DNA from: Candidatus Krumholzibacteriia bacterium
GTDB taxonomy: Bacteria; Krumholzibacteriota; Krumholzibacteriia; LZORAL124-64-63
Assembly: GCA_050174015.1 (NCBI GenBank)
Contig: JBFXKG010000003.1
Coordinates: 128,001 to 192,000, forward strand
Direction: 5' to 3'
DNA: 64,000 nucleotides
Both the position numbers and the translations under genes were made by a program. Shown here piece after piece: positions 1 to 11,800 of the stretch (position 1 is the first letter of the stretch; the number at the start of each line of letters is the position of its first letter). The notes under the pieces were generated by a model. That model was not told the DNA's origin. It was given only the letters and a program-made list of their open reading frames with translations, and did no database searches.

Positions 1-11
1 GAGCGTGCGGG

Positions 12-1079
12 GTGATTGTGGTCCTCCTGTTCGTCGCTTCCTGCGGAGGAAACGACGGGGAGGCCGACAAGGGTTCGGGGCAGGGCAAGGAACCGACCCT
101 GCTGAACGTGTCCTACGACCCGACCAGGGAGCTGTACAAGGAGTTCAACGAGGCCTTCGTTGCGGACTACCGGCAGCGCACGGGCCGGCAGGTCCGCATC
201 GTCATGTCCCACGGGGGAGCGGGCAAACAGGCCCGGGCGGTGATCGACGGGCTGGAGGCGGACGTGGTGACCCTGGCCCTGGCGTTCGACATCGACGCCA
301 TCAGCGAGCGGGCCGGGCTGCTGCCGGCGGACTGGCAGTCCCGCCTGCCCGAGAACAGCTGTCCCTACACCTCGACCATCGTGTTCCTGGTCCGCAAGGG
401 GAATCCCAAGGGGATCGCCGACTGGGGAGACCTGGACAAGCCGGGGGTTGAGATCATCACTCCCAACCCGAAGACCTCGGGCGGGGCCCGGTGGAACTAC
501 CTGGCGGCCTGGGCCTTCGCCCTGGAAAGGGAACTGGGCGATCTGACCAGACTGGGCGATCCGGCGGAATCGGCCGCCGTCGCCGCCGCCCAGGACAGCG
601 CCCGGGCTTTCGTCACCCGGCTGTTCCGCAGGGTGCCGGTCCTGGATTCGGGAGCCCGCGGTTCGACCAACACCTTCGTCCAGCGCGGGATCGGCGACGT
701 CCTGCTCGCCTGGGAGAACGAGGCGTTCCTCGCGGTCCGTGAACTGGGCGAAGGTTCCTTCGACATGGTGGTGCCCTCGCTGAGCATCCGCGCGGAACCG
801 CCGGTGACCGTGATCGACACCTGGGTGGACAAGCACGGCACGCGGGAACTGGCGACGGCCTACCTGCAGTACCTCTATTCCCCCATCGGCCAGAGGCTGG
901 CGGCCCGGCACTACTACCGACCCGTCCACCCCGAGTTCGCCGACGGCGCGGATCTCGAGCGGTTCCCCTCCCTGAAGATGGTGGGCATCGACGAGGTCTT
1001 CGGCGGCTGGCGGAACGCCCAGGCGGTCCACTTCGCCGAGGGCGGAGTCTTCGACAGCATCTACACGGGAGAGCGGTAG
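12..1079 (+). CDS. sbp: Sulfate ABC transporter substrate-binding lipoprotein (Sbp/CysP family); true start may lie upstream of the window
   Basis: Motifs [41 protein letters not shown] and [11 protein letters not shown]; lipobox-like VASC; frame is open to the window edge. Confidence 0.95.
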   Translation: MIVVLLFVASCGGNDGEADKGSGQGKEPTLLNVSYDPTRELYKEFNEAFVADYRQRTGRQVRIVMSHGGAGKQARAVIDGLEADVVTLALAFDIDAISERAGLLPADWQSRLPENSCPYTSTIVFLVRKGNPKGIADWGDLDKPGVEIITPNPKTSGGARWNYLAAWAFALERELGDLTRLGDPAESAAVAAAQDSARAFVTRLFRRVPVLDSGARGSTNTFVQRGIGDVLLAWENEAFLAVRELGEGSFDMVVPSLSIRAEPPVTVIDTWVDKHGTRELATAYLQYLYSPIGQRLAARHYYRPVHPEFADGADLERFPSLKMVGIDEVFGGWRNAQAVHFAEGGVFDSIYTGER

Positions 1080-1082
1080 GCC

Positions 1083-1922
1083 ATGGGGCTGCTGAATCGC
1101 CGCCATTCGGTTCTGCCCGGGTTCGGGCTCACCTTCGGGACGGCGGTCCTGTACCTGGGGCTGCTGGTCATGATCCCGCTGTCGGCGCTGTTCATCCAGA
1201 GTTCAACGCTGGGCTGGGGCGGGTTCTGGGAGGCCGTGTCCTCGCCCCGGGTGGTCGCCGCCTGCCGCCTCAGCTTCACGGCCGCGTTGACGGCTGCCCT
1301 GCTCAACGCCCTGTTCGGGTTCGTGGTGGCCTGGACCCTCGTGCGCTACCGCTTCGCGGGCAAGCGGCTCCTCGATGCGGTCATCGACCTCCCGTTCGCC
1401 TTGCCGACGGCCGTTTCGGGCATCGCGCTCACCTCGCTGTATGCGCCCAACGGATGGGTGGGCCGGGCCCTGGAGCCCTGGGGCATCAAGGCGGCCTTCA
1501 CGCCTCTCGGCGTGGTCATCGCCCTGACGTTCATCGGGCTGCCGTTCGTGGTCCGCACCCTGCAGCCGGCCCTCGAGGATCTCGATCTGGACCAGGAGGA
1601 GGCCGCCGCCAGCCTGGGCGCGTCGCGGCGCCAGACCTTCCGGCGGGTGATCCTGCCGGCGGTGACTCCGGCGCTGCTGACGGGGTTCACCCTGGCCTTC
1701 GCGCGGGCGCTGGGGGAGTACGGCTCGGTGGTGTTCATCTCGGGGAACATGCCGATGCGGACGGAGATCGCCCCCCTGCTGATCATGGCCCGCCTTGAGC
1801 AGTACGACTACGCGGGGGCCACGGCCATCGGCGTCGTGCTGCTGGTGCTCTCGTTCCTGCTGCTGCTGGCCATCAATCTCCTGCAACGGTGGTCGGGACG
1901 CCGGCACATGAGAGGAGTCTGA
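1083..1922 (+). CDS. cysT: Sulfate ABC transporter permease CysT
   Basis: VLPGFGL, DLPFALPTAVSG, EEAAASLGA (EAA loop), FARALGEYGSVVFI; position in operon. Confidence 0.95.
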   Translation: MGLLNRRHSVLPGFGLTFGTAVLYLGLLVMIPLSALFIQSSTLGWGGFWEAVSSPRVVAACRLSFTAALTAALLNALFGFVVAWTLVRYRFAGKRLLDAVIDLPFALPTAVSGIALTSLYAPNGWVGRALEPWGIKAAFTPLGVVIALTFIGLPFVVRTLQPALEDLDLDQEEAAASLGASRRQTFRRVILPAVTPALLTGFTLAFARALGEYGSVVFISGNMPMRTEIAPLLIMARLEQYDYAGATAIGVVLLVLSFLLLLAINLLQRWSGRRHMRGV

Positions 1923-1923
1923 G

Positions 1924-2832
1924 ATGGGCGGTCTGATCAATGTCTTGCAGCGCGCACCGGCTGCGGGGTCCGTCCGGGGCGGTCGGGCGGTGACCGAACC
2001 CCGGTGGATGAGCTCGCTGCTGCTGGCGATCTCGGTCCTGTTCCTGGTGTTCTTCCTCTTCCTTCCCCTGGCGGGCGTCTTCGCCGAGGCTCTGCGCAAG
2101 GGCGCGGGAGCCTACCTGGACAGCTTCGCCGAGCCGGCGGTCCGTCAGGCGATCGGCCTGACCCTGACCGTGGCGGCGGTCGCCGTGCCGCTGAACCTGG
2201 TCTTCGGCCTGGCGGCCGCCTGGGCCATCGCCAAGTTCGAGTTCCGCGGCAAGAGCGTCCTGACCACCCTGATCGACCTGCCCTTGGCGGTCTCGCCGGT
2301 CATCTCGGGCATGGTCTTCGTCCTGCTGTTCGGCCTGCACGGGTGGTTCGGCCCGCAGCTGGCGGCGCGCGGCATCGAGATCATCTTCGCGGTGCCTGGC
2401 ATCATCCTGGCCACCCTGTTCGTGACCGTGCCCTACGTGGCGCGCGAGCTGATCCCCCTGATGCAGGAGCAGGGCACCCAGGACGAGGAGGCGGCGCTCA
2501 CCCTGGGCGCTTCGGGCTGGCAGACCTTCCGGCGGGTGACCCTGCCCAACGTGAAGTGGGCCCTGCTCTACGGCGTGATCCTGTGCAACGCCCGCGCCAT
2601 GGGGGAATTCGGGGCCGTGTCGGTGGTCAGCGGCCACATCCGGGGCAAGACCAACACCATGCCCCTGCAGATCGAGATCCTCTACAACGAGTACAATTTC
2701 ACGGCCGCCTTCGCGGTGGCCTCCCTGCTGGCCCTGCTGGCCCTGGTGACCCTCGCCGTCAAGGCGCTGGTCGAGCGGCGGGCGGGCGGGTCGCAGTCGG
2801 CGGACGAACAACCGGTCGAGGACGAGGTGTGA
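1924..2832 (+). CDS. cysW: Sulfate ABC transporter permease CysW
   Basis: [49 protein letters not shown]. Confidence 0.95.
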   Translation: MGGLINVLQRAPAAGSVRGGRAVTEPRWMSSLLLAISVLFLVFFLFLPLAGVFAEALRKGAGAYLDSFAEPAVRQAIGLTLTVAAVAVPLNLVFGLAAAWAIAKFEFRGKSVLTTLIDLPLAVSPVISGMVFVLLFGLHGWFGPQLAARGIEIIFAVPGIILATLFVTVPYVARELIPLMQEQGTQDEEAALTLGASGWQTFRRVTLPNVKWALLYGVILCNARAMGEFGAVSVVSGHIRGKTNTMPLQIEILYNEYNFTAAFAVASLLALLALVTLAVKALVERRAGGSQSADEQPVEDEV

Positions 2833-2833
2833 C

Positions 2834-3898
2834 ATGGCCATTTCCGTGCGGCACGTGACCAAGACGTTCGGCGGGTTCACCGCCCTGAACGACGTGAGCC
2901 TGGAGGTCAAGGAGGGGGCGCTGACGGCGCTGCTGGGCCCCTCGGGCTCGGGCAAGACGACCCTGCTGCGGATCATCGCGGGCCTGGAGCAGCCGGATCC
3001 CGGCTCGGGATCCATCCTCTTCAAGCAGGAGGACATGGCCGACCGGCGGATCCAGGAGCGGCGGGTGGGATTCGTGTTCCAGCACTACGCCCTGTTCCGT
3101 CACATGACGGTGTTCGAGAACGTGGCGTTCGGGATGCGGGTCAAGGCCCGGGACCGGCGCCCCTCGCGCGGGGCCATCCGGGAAAAGGTCCGGTCCCTGC
3201 TGGCGCTGGTGCAGCTGGAGAACCTGGCGGACCGGTATCCCGCGCAGCTTTCGGGGGGCCAGCGCCAGCGCGTGGCCCTGGCGCGCGCGCTGGCTGTCGA
3301 ACCCCAGGTGCTGCTGCTGGACGAGCCGTTCGGCGCCCTGGACGCCAAGGTCCGCAAGAAGCTGCGGTCGTGGCTGCGCCGGCTGCATCGCGACCTGCAC
3401 ATCACCAGCGTGTTCGTCACGCACGACCAGGAGGAGGCCCTGGAGGTCGCGGATCACATCGTGGTGATGAACAACGGGGCCATCGAGCAGGAGGGAACCC
3501 CTGAAGAGGTGTTCCACCGCCCGGCCACCGAGTTCGTGATGGACTTCCTGGGCAACGTGAACGTCTTCCACGCCCGCCTGAGCGACGGAAAACTGGCATT
3601 CGCCACCTGCGAGCTGGAAGCGCCCGATGACGTTCCGCCCGACGCGGACACCGCGCGGGTGTTCATCCGGCCCCACGACCTGGAGCTGGACCTGGCGCCC
3701 CGCCACGGCCCCAGCCTGGCGGCCCGCATCGGGCACATCCATGCGGCCGGGCCGATGGTGCGCCTGTCCCTGGAAGCGACCTCCGGGGAGACTTTCACGG
3801 CGGAAATCTCGCAGGAGCGGTTCCGGGAGCTGGACCTGGGTCTGGGCATGCGGGTCTTCGTGTCCCCGCGGGGATTGCGGGTCTTCACGGGGCAGTAG
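2834..3898 (+). CDS. cysA: Sulfate ABC transporter ATP-binding protein CysA
   Basis: Walker [50 protein letters not shown]-like C-terminus. Confidence 0.95.
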   Translation: MAISVRHVTKTFGGFTALNDVSLEVKEGALTALLGPSGSGKTTLLRIIAGLEQPDPGSGSILFKQEDMADRRIQERRVGFVFQHYALFRHMTVFENVAFGMRVKARDRRPSRGAIREKVRSLLALVQLENLADRYPAQLSGGQRQRVALARALAVEPQVLLLDEPFGALDAKVRKKLRSWLRRLHRDLHITSVFVTHDQEEALEVADHIVVMNNGAIEQEGTPEEVFHRPATEFVMDFLGNVNVFHARLSDGKLAFATCELEAPDDVPPDADTARVFIRPHDLELDLAPRHGPSLAARIGHIHAAGPMVRLSLEATSGETFTAEISQERFRELDLGLGMRVFVSPRGLRVFTGQ

Positions 3899-3902
3899 GC
3901 GA

Positions 3903-4733
3903 TCAGTCCCCGGTGAGGATGTCCTCCAGGAGGGCCAGCACTTCGGGGTCGCCCTCGTATTCCGTCAGGGCGAAGAGGGCCACCTGCTGAAGCCGTGGCT
4001 CGGTGCTTTTGCGGGCGATCTCCAACAGGAGTGGACGGCCGCAATCGCCCGGCAACTGCGACAGGGCGAACACCGCGTGCTCCCGGACCTCGAACTCCTC
4101 GCTGCGGTCGCGGGCGATGGCGGTCAGGTGTCCGGCCACCTTTTCTCCAGCCAGCGCCGCCAGCCACATGGTCGTTTCGCACCGCACCTCGGCGTCGATC
4201 GACCCGTTCCGGGCCAGTGCGAGCAGCGGGCCCGCCACGTCGGCGCCGCGGGCGATGATCCCGGCGAGCAGCAGGTCCTCCGCCACCTCGGCCGCTGTTC
4301 CGGGGATCATCTCCAGGCAGAAGGCGGCAACCGGACCTGGATCGAGGGCCCCGAGATCGACCGTTCCTGGGGGGAGCCGAGGGCCGTCCCTGCCCACGAC
4401 GACCGAAGCCTCGGTGATGGATCCGGCTTCCAGCTGGAGCGCCATCCAGCCGGGGCCATCCTCCATCGGGTCGCTGTCGTCGTACCATCCCCGGAACCAG
4501 GAGTGGTTCTGGTCGTTCCAGCGGATCCGCACACCGCGGCCGTTGCCCGTGACCCCGTCGCGCACCGGGAAGTGGAACGCGAGGGATCCCGAGCCGACGT
4601 CGGCGCAGACCTTCACGAGGTCGGACACCGTGGCGACGGGAGAGTCGGACGCATCGGCCGACGTTCCCTGCCGGAAACCCATCACCGCCAACATGAGTCC
4701 GAGATAGAGGACGAAGGTCTGGAAGGCGATCAT
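3903..4733 (-). CDS. Exported HEAT-repeat protein
   Basis: N-terminal hydrophobic signal; C-terminal HEAT-like repeats (EVREHAVFALSQL, LQQVALFALTE); AGGGAG RBS upstream. Confidence 0.7.
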   Translation of the reverse strand: MIAFQTFVLYLGLMLAVMGFRQGTSADASDSPVATVSDLVKVCADVGSGSLAFHFPVRDGVTGNGRGVRIRWNDQNHSWFRGWYDDSDPMEDGPGWMALQLEAGSITEASVVVGRDGPRLPPGTVDLGALDPGPVAAFCLEMIPGTAAEVAEDLLLAGIIARGADVAGPLLALARNGSIDAEVRCETTMWLAALAGEKVAGHLTAIARDRSEEFEVREHAVFALSQLPGDCGRPLLLEIARKSTEPRLQQVALFALTEYEGDPEVLALLEDILTGD

Positions 4734-4775
4734 GGCAGTGCTCCCTGTTCAGGATATCCCCGGAGACATGAGATT

Positions 4776-4801
4776 GACGCCCCGGGGCGAAAAAGGGTTG
4801 C
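4776..4801 (-). promoter_or_regulatory. ECF-sigma-type promoter GCAACC-N16-CGTC for the HEAT gene
   Basis: Minus strand reads GCAACCctttttcgccccggggCGTCaa, ~43 nt upstream of the ATG; same motif recurs at 60315-60340. Confidence 0.65.
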
Positions 4802-4825
4802 CGGGGACTCGCCCATGGATTCGCA

Positions 4826-4855
4826 TTGGGATTCGGACGGCGACTTGCCTATAAT
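4826..4855 (+). promoter_or_regulatory. Sigma70-type promoter for the first TetR gene
   Basis: TTGGGA-N18-TATAAT (perfect -10 at 4850-4855), 40 nt upstream of ATG 4895. Confidence 0.55.
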
Positions 4856-4894
4856 CCGGGAAACAGGAGCAACCCCTTTCCCACGGCGGCGTCC

Positions 4895-5500
4895 ATGACC
4901 GAGTCCGGCGAATACAGGCAACCGACCCGCAAGGAGCGGGAATTCTCCCGCCATCACCGGGACATCCTGTCCGCGGCCGTCTCCCTGTTCGCGGAGAACG
5001 GGTACTACCAGACCACCATGCAGATGATCGCCGACCGCGCCGAGTTCTCCGTCGGCTACCTCTACAAGCATTTCGCCGGCAAGGAAGAGATGTACCGGGA
5101 ACTGCTGGTGTTCCACCTCGACCGCCTCGACCAGCTCATCCTCGAGACCGAATCGCTGGGTTTGCCGCCCCTGGAGGAGATCCACCGGATCTACACGCTC
5201 ATTTGCGGACACTTCAACAGGCACCGGGACTTCATGCGGATCTTCCACCAGGAGATCGGGGGAGAGTTCGAGGAGATCGCCCGGAGCAAGGGGCGCCACT
5301 TCCGGGACATCGTCACCCGTCTCCAGAAGGCCCAGGCGACCGGGGAACTCACCGCCTTCGATCCCTACCTTCTGGGGGCCGCCATCCAGGGGGCGACCAA
5401 GGAACTCTTCGGGGAGATGGCGAACCGGCCGGGGGACAATCCCTTCGATTCCCTGCCGGACGTGATCTTCCGGCTCCTGATCGATCCATTGCGTAAGTAG
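4895..5500 (+). CDS. TetR/AcrR family transcriptional regulator (paralogue 1)
   Basis: HTH: ILSAAVSLFAENGYYQTTMQMIADRAEFSVGYLYKHFAGKEE. Confidence 0.9.
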   Translation: MTESGEYRQPTRKEREFSRHHRDILSAAVSLFAENGYYQTTMQMIADRAEFSVGYLYKHFAGKEEMYRELLVFHLDRLDQLILETESLGLPPLEEIHRIYTLICGHFNRHRDFMRIFHQEIGGEFEEIARSKGRHFRDIVTRLQKAQATGELTAFDPYLLGAAIQGATKELFGEMANRPGDNPFDSLPDVIFRLLIDPLRK

Positions 5501-5598
5501 TTGTTTTTCAAGATTTCAATTCGATTTTCGGGCCGGGTCCGGAAACCGTCCAGCCAGAGAATTCTCGATTTTCAAAAAAATGAACTTGCGATCGCCGC

Positions 5599-5630
5599 TG
5601 TGAATGATTATTCATGAATTGCAATTCACA
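5599..5630. promoter_or_regulatory. Tandem palindromic TetR-type operators TGAAT-N4-ATTCA x2
   Basis: TGAATGATTATTCA (5601-5614) directly followed by TGAATTGCAATTCA (5615-5628), flanked by TG...CA, in AT-rich DNA upstream of the TetR-efflux operon. Confidence 0.75.
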
Positions 5631-5659
5631 AAATGAACCTCGAATTTGGCGAGACCATC

Positions 5660-6301
5660 ATGCATTCGGCCCCCACCAGACCCAACAGGCAGGAACGCGA
5701 GTGGCGTCGCCGCCACCGCGACATCCTCGACGCCGCCATCCGGCTGTTCCTGGACCTGGGCTTCAACGGCACCACCATGCAGATGATCGCCGAGGAGGCG
5801 GAATATTCCGTCGGCTACCTCTACAAGCACTTCCCGGGCAAGGAGCAACTCCTGCTCGAGATCATCGGGGATCAGCTGGAAATCCTCGAGGGAATCCGCC
5901 GGGACAACCGCACCAGGTTCAAGGGCAGGCCTCTGCGGGTGCTGAAGGAGAACGTGAGGCAGATCGCCTTGCAGCTGCACGGGAAGGCGCCGCTGGTCTC
6001 CCTGTTCCTTGCGCCCGGTCCGTCCCGGTTGCGGATCGTCCGGGAACGCCTGGACCGGTATCGCGCGGAGGATGCGCAGCTCATGGACGAAGCGGTCGCC
6101 CTCGGACTCCTGGCGCCCTGCGACTCCGGGCTGGCCGCGGCGGTCTACAACGGTGTCATCTGGGGCCTGATCCGGCTCCTCATCGAGACCGACCGGTTCG
6201 ACCGCCTGGACGAGATCCCCGGAATCGTCGAGACCCTGGTGCTGGCGCCCCTGGCCGCCGGCTGTTCCGATACCAATGAAAAGGAAGTGGACGCGCGATG
6301 A
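5660..6301 (+). CDS. TetR/AcrR family transcriptional regulator (paralogue 2)
   Basis: ILDAAIRLFLDLGFNGTTMQMIAEEAEYSVGYLYKHFPGKEQ; stop overlaps the start of the TolC-family gene; alternative start 5633. Confidence 0.9.
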   Translation: MHSAPTRPNRQEREWRRRHRDILDAAIRLFLDLGFNGTTMQMIAEEAEYSVGYLYKHFPGKEQLLLEIIGDQLEILEGIRRDNRTRFKGRPLRVLKENVRQIALQLHGKAPLVSLFLAPGPSRLRIVRERLDRYRAEDAQLMDEAVALGLLAPCDSGLAAAVYNGVIWGLIRLLIETDRFDRLDEIPGIVETLVLAPLAAGCSDTNEKEVDAR

Positions 6302-7755
6302 TGGATCCCAGAGGCATGAACCGGAGGACCGGGCGCCAGTCCCCCCTTCCGGCAATCCTGTTGCTGGCAGCCGTGCTGGCGGCGACTACCCATCCCCTTG
6401 CCGCCGCCGCTGAGCCGCCGGCCGCCGGAGAGGCGCCCGGTTCCCCCCCTTCGACCTCGCCCAGGTCCCTTTCGAGGGACCAGGCCCGCGCCCTGGCTCT
6501 GGCCAACGACGAACAGATAGCCCAGATGCAACAGGCCATCCAGGGCGCGCGCGCCGACGTCATGGCAGCCGGATCGGGACGGCTGCCCCAGGTCGATGCC
6601 GGGGCCGTCTGGACCCGGAACCTGAAGAAGCCGGTCTTCTTCCTGCCGCCCGATCTGGCGGCCGGACTGGGCGGACCGGCAGCGGTGGAGATGGGAGGGG
6701 ACTGGGATCTCCAGGCGGCGGCCACGGTCACCCTGAATCTCTGGACCGCAGGGCGGTTGTCCGCGGCCCGGGCCATGGCCTCCGAGGCGCTCGCAGAGAG
6801 CGGATGGCGGAAGGCGCTGGTCATGGATGCCGTGATCTACGCCGTGGATGCCGCTTACTGGGGGGTCCAGCTCGCCGAAGCGGAAGTGACCATCGCCGAG
6901 GCGTCGCTGCAGCTCGCGGACGAGACCCTGCGCACCACCACCGCCGCCGAGGAGCAGGGCGAGGCGAGCAGGTTCGACTTGCTGCGGGCCAGGGTGGAGC
7001 GTTCCAACCGCGAGTCGCCGCTGATCCAGGCTCGCAACGTCCTCGAGCAGAGGCGGCTCCAGCTTTCCCGGTTGTGCGGGCTCCAACCCGGGACCCGGTT
7101 GACCCTGACCGACTCGCTGCAGGCGGTGGCCCATCCGGCTCCCCTCGAGGAACTGGTGCGGGCCGCCGGGTCCGGCCCAGAGCTGGTGGCCCTCGATCAC
7201 CGCATCCGAGCTGCGGAAATGGCCGTGTCGCTGGCCCGGGCGGGCCGGGGACCGGTGGTGTCGCTCCAGGGCCAGTACGCGGTCCAGGGCCAGTGGGACG
7301 GGGACATCCTGCCCGGAAGCGACGAGGCCGTGAGCAGCGCCTCGGCGGCCCTGGCGGTCTCGGTGCCCCTGTTCGACGGATACGCGGCCCGGGCGGACAT
7401 CCAGGGCCGGGAAGCCGATCTGCGCATCGCCAGGCTGGAACGCGAGAGGATCGCCCGGGACCGGGAGCTGGGAGTGCGCCAGGGACGAATCGGTCTCGAG
7501 AACGCGCTGGCGGCGCTGGAAGGACGGCGCGAGGCGGTCATGCTCGCCGAGGAAGCCGTCCGCCTGGCCCAGGTTCGCCGGGACAACGGTTTGGCCACGC
7601 CGCTGGAGATCCTCGACGCGGACCTGGCGTTGACCCGCGCCCGCGCCCAGTTCGCCTTCTCGCTTCATGCCTGTGAAATCGCCGCCGCCGGTCTCGAACT
7701 GGCCGTTGGCGGAGCCCATGCCGTTTTCGCCGCAACCGAGGGGAATAACCCATGA
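6298..7755 (+). CDS. TolC-family outer membrane efflux protein
   Basis: Signal peptide, two OEP-like repeats (RLPQVD, SVPLFDG, GLATPLEILDA); first gene of a tripartite pump. Confidence 0.88.
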   Translation: MMDPRGMNRRTGRQSPLPAILLLAAVLAATTHPLAAAAEPPAAGEAPGSPPSTSPRSLSRDQARALALANDEQIAQMQQAIQGARADVMAAGSGRLPQVDAGAVWTRNLKKPVFFLPPDLAAGLGGPAAVEMGGDWDLQAAATVTLNLWTAGRLSAARAMASEALAESGWRKALVMDAVIYAVDAAYWGVQLAEAEVTIAEASLQLADETLRTTTAAEEQGEASRFDLLRARVERSNRESPLIQARNVLEQRRLQLSRLCGLQPGTRLTLTDSLQAVAHPAPLEELVRAAGSGPELVALDHRIRAAEMAVSLARAGRGPVVSLQGQYAVQGQWDGDILPGSDEAVSSASAALAVSVPLFDGYAARADIQGREADLRIARLERERIARDRELGVRQGRIGLENALAALEGRREAVMLAEEAVRLAQVRRDNGLATPLEILDADLALTRARAQFAFSLHACEIAAAGLELAVGGAHAVFAATEGNNP

Positions 7756-8840
7756 AAGCAGGAATATCCCGCAGGACCCGCAACGGCGTGGTCGTCATCG
7801 TCGTCATCCTGGCCCTGGCGGTGGTGTTCTCGGCCCGCTACCGGAGCCTCGGCCGCAAGGAGGCTCCCGCCGGCATCCGGGCGGTCCAGGATCAGGAGGG
7901 GATCCCTGTGGAGACGGTCACCGTCAGGCGCGGTGACCTGGCCGCCTGGATCACCCTGGCCGGCACGGTGGAGGGCGTGGTCCAGTATCCCATCGTCTCG
8001 AACAACGCGCTCAAGGTGGTGGGCATCCCGGTGAAGGAAGGCGACCGGGTGGTCAAGGGGGACGTGATCATCAGGCTGGCCAGCGGAGCGCCTTCACCCA
8101 TGTATCATTCCCTGGACAAGTCCCGGGCGAACTACCAGAACGCCCAGCTCGAGGTTCAGCGCCTGCGCAACCTCTACGCCGAGGGAGCCGTCGCCAGGGC
8201 CGATCTCGACGCAGCCGAGACGAAGCTGAAGATCCTGGCGGCCGATCTCCAGGACGCCGAAGGCAGCATCCTGCTCACCGCGGACGAACCCGGCGTGGTG
8301 ACGAGCATCCTGGTCAACGAGGGCGACACGGTCAAGACCGGCAAGGCGCTGGCCTGGATCGCAGACACCTCCTCGGTGAAGGTCGTGTTCGAGGCCGGAA
8401 GCCGGCAGGCCCTGTCCCTTGCGACGGGCCAGGTGGCCCGCTGGACCGACCCTGCAGGCGAGGCCTGGACCGGATCCGTCCAGCGCCTGGACCTGATGGC
8501 CGATTCCCAGACCCACCTCCTCGAGGGCGAGGCGCTGTTTCCCAATCCGCAGGGGCGTCTGGTGCCCGGTCTTCTGATCTCCTTCATGGTCCGCACGGAA
8601 GCGGTCGAGAACGCGCTGATCGTCCCGGCGGCCTGCCTCGTGGACACGCCGACCGGGCCGGCGGTCTGGACGGCGGATGACCAGGCGCATCTGGTGAGCG
8701 TGAAGACGGGCCTGAAGACGGGGGAAAGAGTGGAGATCACCTCCGGCCTCTCGGAGGGCCAGGCGGTCGTGCTGCACGGGGGGACGCTGCTGAGCGAGGG
8801 CGTGAAGATCAAGACCGCCGGGACGGGAGAGGGGCGCTAG
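7752..8840 (+). CDS. RND efflux periplasmic adaptor (MFP) subunit
   Basis: N-terminal TM, lipoyl-like halves (VKEGDRVVKG, VNEGDTVKTG), helical hairpin, VEITSGLSEGQAVV. Confidence 0.9.
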   Translation: MKAGISRRTRNGVVVIVVILALAVVFSARYRSLGRKEAPAGIRAVQDQEGIPVETVTVRRGDLAAWITLAGTVEGVVQYPIVSNNALKVVGIPVKEGDRVVKGDVIIRLASGAPSPMYHSLDKSRANYQNAQLEVQRLRNLYAEGAVARADLDAAETKLKILAADLQDAEGSILLTADEPGVVTSILVNEGDTVKTGKALAWIADTSSVKVVFEAGSRQALSLATGQVARWTDPAGEAWTGSVQRLDLMADSQTHLLEGEALFPNPQGRLVPGLLISFMVRTEAVENALIVPAACLVDTPTGPAVWTADDQAHLVSVKTGLKTGERVEITSGLSEGQAVVLHGGTLLSEGVKIKTAGTGEGR

Positions 8841-8841
8841 C

Positions 8842-11800
8842 ATGGACTTCTTCCGCACCATCATCGCCCGGCCCGTCATGACGACCATGATCGTGGTGGT
8901 CCTGGTCGTGATGGGGATCTACTCCTACAGCCATCTGATCACGGAGCTCATCCCGCGGCTCAACTTCCCGGTGGTGGTGGTCACGACGGTGTATCCCGGA
9001 GCGGCGCCGGGCGAGGTCGAGACGCAGATCACGAAGAAGATCGAGGACCAGGTGGCGACCCTGGCCGGCATCGAGGAGCTGACCTCCACCTCCATGGAGA
9101 ACATGTCCCAGGTCATCGTCCAGTTCGCCCTGGAGACGGACGAGGACCAGGACGCCATCGACGTCAAGGACAAGGTCGATGCCATCACGGGGGATCTGCC
9201 CGAGGACGCCGAGGATCCGATCATCACCAAGTTCGACATCGCGGGCGAGGCGGTGGTGGAGCTGGCGGTGTCCGGGCCGCGGCCCCTGCCGGAGATCTTC
9301 GAGATCGTGGACAAGACGGTGAAGGAGCGCCTGAGCCGCATCGACGGGGTCGCCGAGGTCGAGATCATCGGCACGCAGGAGCGGCAGATCCAGGTGGCGG
9401 TCCACCCGGAACGGCTGCGGGCCTACGGGCTCACGCTCACCGACGTGCTGGGAACCCTGGCCGCGACCAACCTGAACGTCCCGGTGGGCCACATCACCCG
9501 CAGCGAGTCGGAGATCAACGTCCGCATGCTGGGCGAGGTCGGCGATCCGGCCGAGCTGGCCGGCTTCCGGTTGAATCTGCCCGGAGGCGGGACGGTGCCC
9601 CTGGGCGAGGTGGCGGACATCCTGGACACCACCGAGGAGGTCCGCGAGGCATCGACCTGGAACGGGAACGCGGTCATCACCGTGGCGGTCCAGAAGCGGT
9701 CCGACGGCAACACCATCACGGTGGCCGACGGGGTCTTCGCCTCCCTCGACGCAATCCGCGAGGCGGTGGGGCCGGACATCTCCATCGAGGTGGTCAAGGA
9801 GACGGCCTCGTTCGTCCGCGATTCGCGGACCGACGTGCTGACCAACATGGCCATCGGCATCGCCCTGACGGGCATGCTGCTCTTCCTGTTCCTCCACGAC
9901 TGGCGCCCGACACTCATCGCGGCGGTCGCGATGCCGGTGTCGGTGGTCGCGGCGTTCATGCTCATGGAGGCTTCGGGATTCACGCTGAACGTGATGTCCC
10001 TGATGGCGCTGGGCATCTCCATCGGGACCCTGGTGACCAACTCCATCATCGTGCTGGAGAACATCAGCCGGCTGGTGGGCGAGGGGGTGGAGCCGAAGGA
10101 GGCCGCCGCCCGGGGGACCGGGGAGATCGCGGTCGCCGTGCTGGCCTCCACCCTGACCAACGTCGTCGTGTTCACGCCCATCGCCTTCATGAGCGGCCTG
10201 ATCGGCCAGTTCTTCCGGCAGTTCGGATTGACGGTGGTCTACGCCACGCTGTTCTCCCTGGTGGTCAGCTTCACGCTGGTGCCGATGCTGGCGGCGCGGA
10301 TGATCAGGCCCGGCAGCGGCCTGGGTCACGGGAGGGATCTCCTGTCACGCTCGATCCAGGCCTGGGAGCGGCTCTACGGGAAGCTGGAACGGGACTACCG
10401 GACATCCCTGGCCTGGTGCCTGCGCTGGAGGCGGGTCACCCTGCTGGGCACCGTGGCCGTCTTCATGCTGGCCATGACCCTGTTCGGCCGCATCGGCGGC
10501 GGCTTCATTCCCCTGGTGGATTCCGCGAAGATCCAGGTCAGCCTCGAGCTTCCCGCCGGAACCAACCTCGAACGGACCCGCGAGGTGGCGGGCCGCTTGG
10601 CGGATGACCTGAGAAACCTGCCCGAGGTCGCGGGGGTGCTGGTCAAGGTCGGCGGGCAGCAGCGCGGCATCGAGGACGCCGACATCTTCGTGCGCCTGGT
10701 CGACAAGAGCGAGCGGGACGCGACCCTGCTGGGCGTCATGAACGCCATTCGCCCCCGCCTGGCGGGGATTCCCGACGCCAAGGTCGCGGTCTATCCCCTG
10801 GGCGGGGGCTCGTACGTGGAGGCCGACCTGGTCCTGGAGGTCCTGGGCAACGATTCGGAGGACGTGAAGACCGCGGGCGAGATGGTCTACCGCGTGGTGA
10901 GGGACGTTCCCGGACTGGTTGAGGTCCAGTCGAGCGACGAGCCCGGCAAGCCCGAAATCAAGGTGGTGCCGCGGCGGGAGCAGCTGGCGGACCGGGGTCT
11001 GATGACCCGGTCGGTCGGGGGCATCCTGCGCACCGCCTACGAGGGACAGGATGCGGGAGTCTACCGGGAGAACGGTGAGGAGTACGACGTGGTGGTGAAG
11101 TACGCCGCCGAGAACCGGGGCGATCCGGACTACCTGCCGGACCTCCCGGTCCTCACGCCGGCAGGCGCCACGGTTCCCTTGGCCGAGGTTGCGGACCTGG
11201 TGCCGTCGGTGGGCGAACCCACCATCCTCCACTCCGAGAAGCAGCGCGTGGTGAACATCTCCGCCAACATCGCCACCGGGTCGTTGTCGCAGAACCGCCG
11301 GGCCATCGACGCCGGGGTGGCGGAGCTGGAAATCCCCGACGGGGTCGTGGTCAAGTACGGCGGGGACGCCGAGATGCAGGACGAGTCCTTCGCGGCCATC
11401 TTCGAGGCCCTGATCCTGGCCATCGTCCTGATCTACATCGTGATGGCTGCGCTGCTGGAGAGCTTCATCCACCCGATCACCGTCATGGTGACCCTGCCGC
11501 TGTCGTTGATCGGCATGGCCGTGTCGCTGTTCTGGTCGGGCGAGGACATCAACATCATGTCCCTGATGGCGCTGGTGATGATGGTGGGCATCGTGGTGAA
11601 CAACGCGATCCTGATGCTGGATTACGTCGGGCAGCTGCGCGCCCGGGGAATGGGCATCCGGGAAGCCCTGCTCGAGGGCTGTCCCACCAAGCTGCGCGCC
11701 ATCGTGATGGCCAACCTGGCCATCGCCATCGGGATGATCCCCCAGCTCGTCGGCGCCGGGGCCGGCTCCGAGTTCCGGGCTCCCATGGCCGTGGTGCAGA

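Noticed and set aside
12..3898. Sulfate ABC operon as a novelty
   Set aside because: Canonical sbp-cysT-cysW-cysA arrangement
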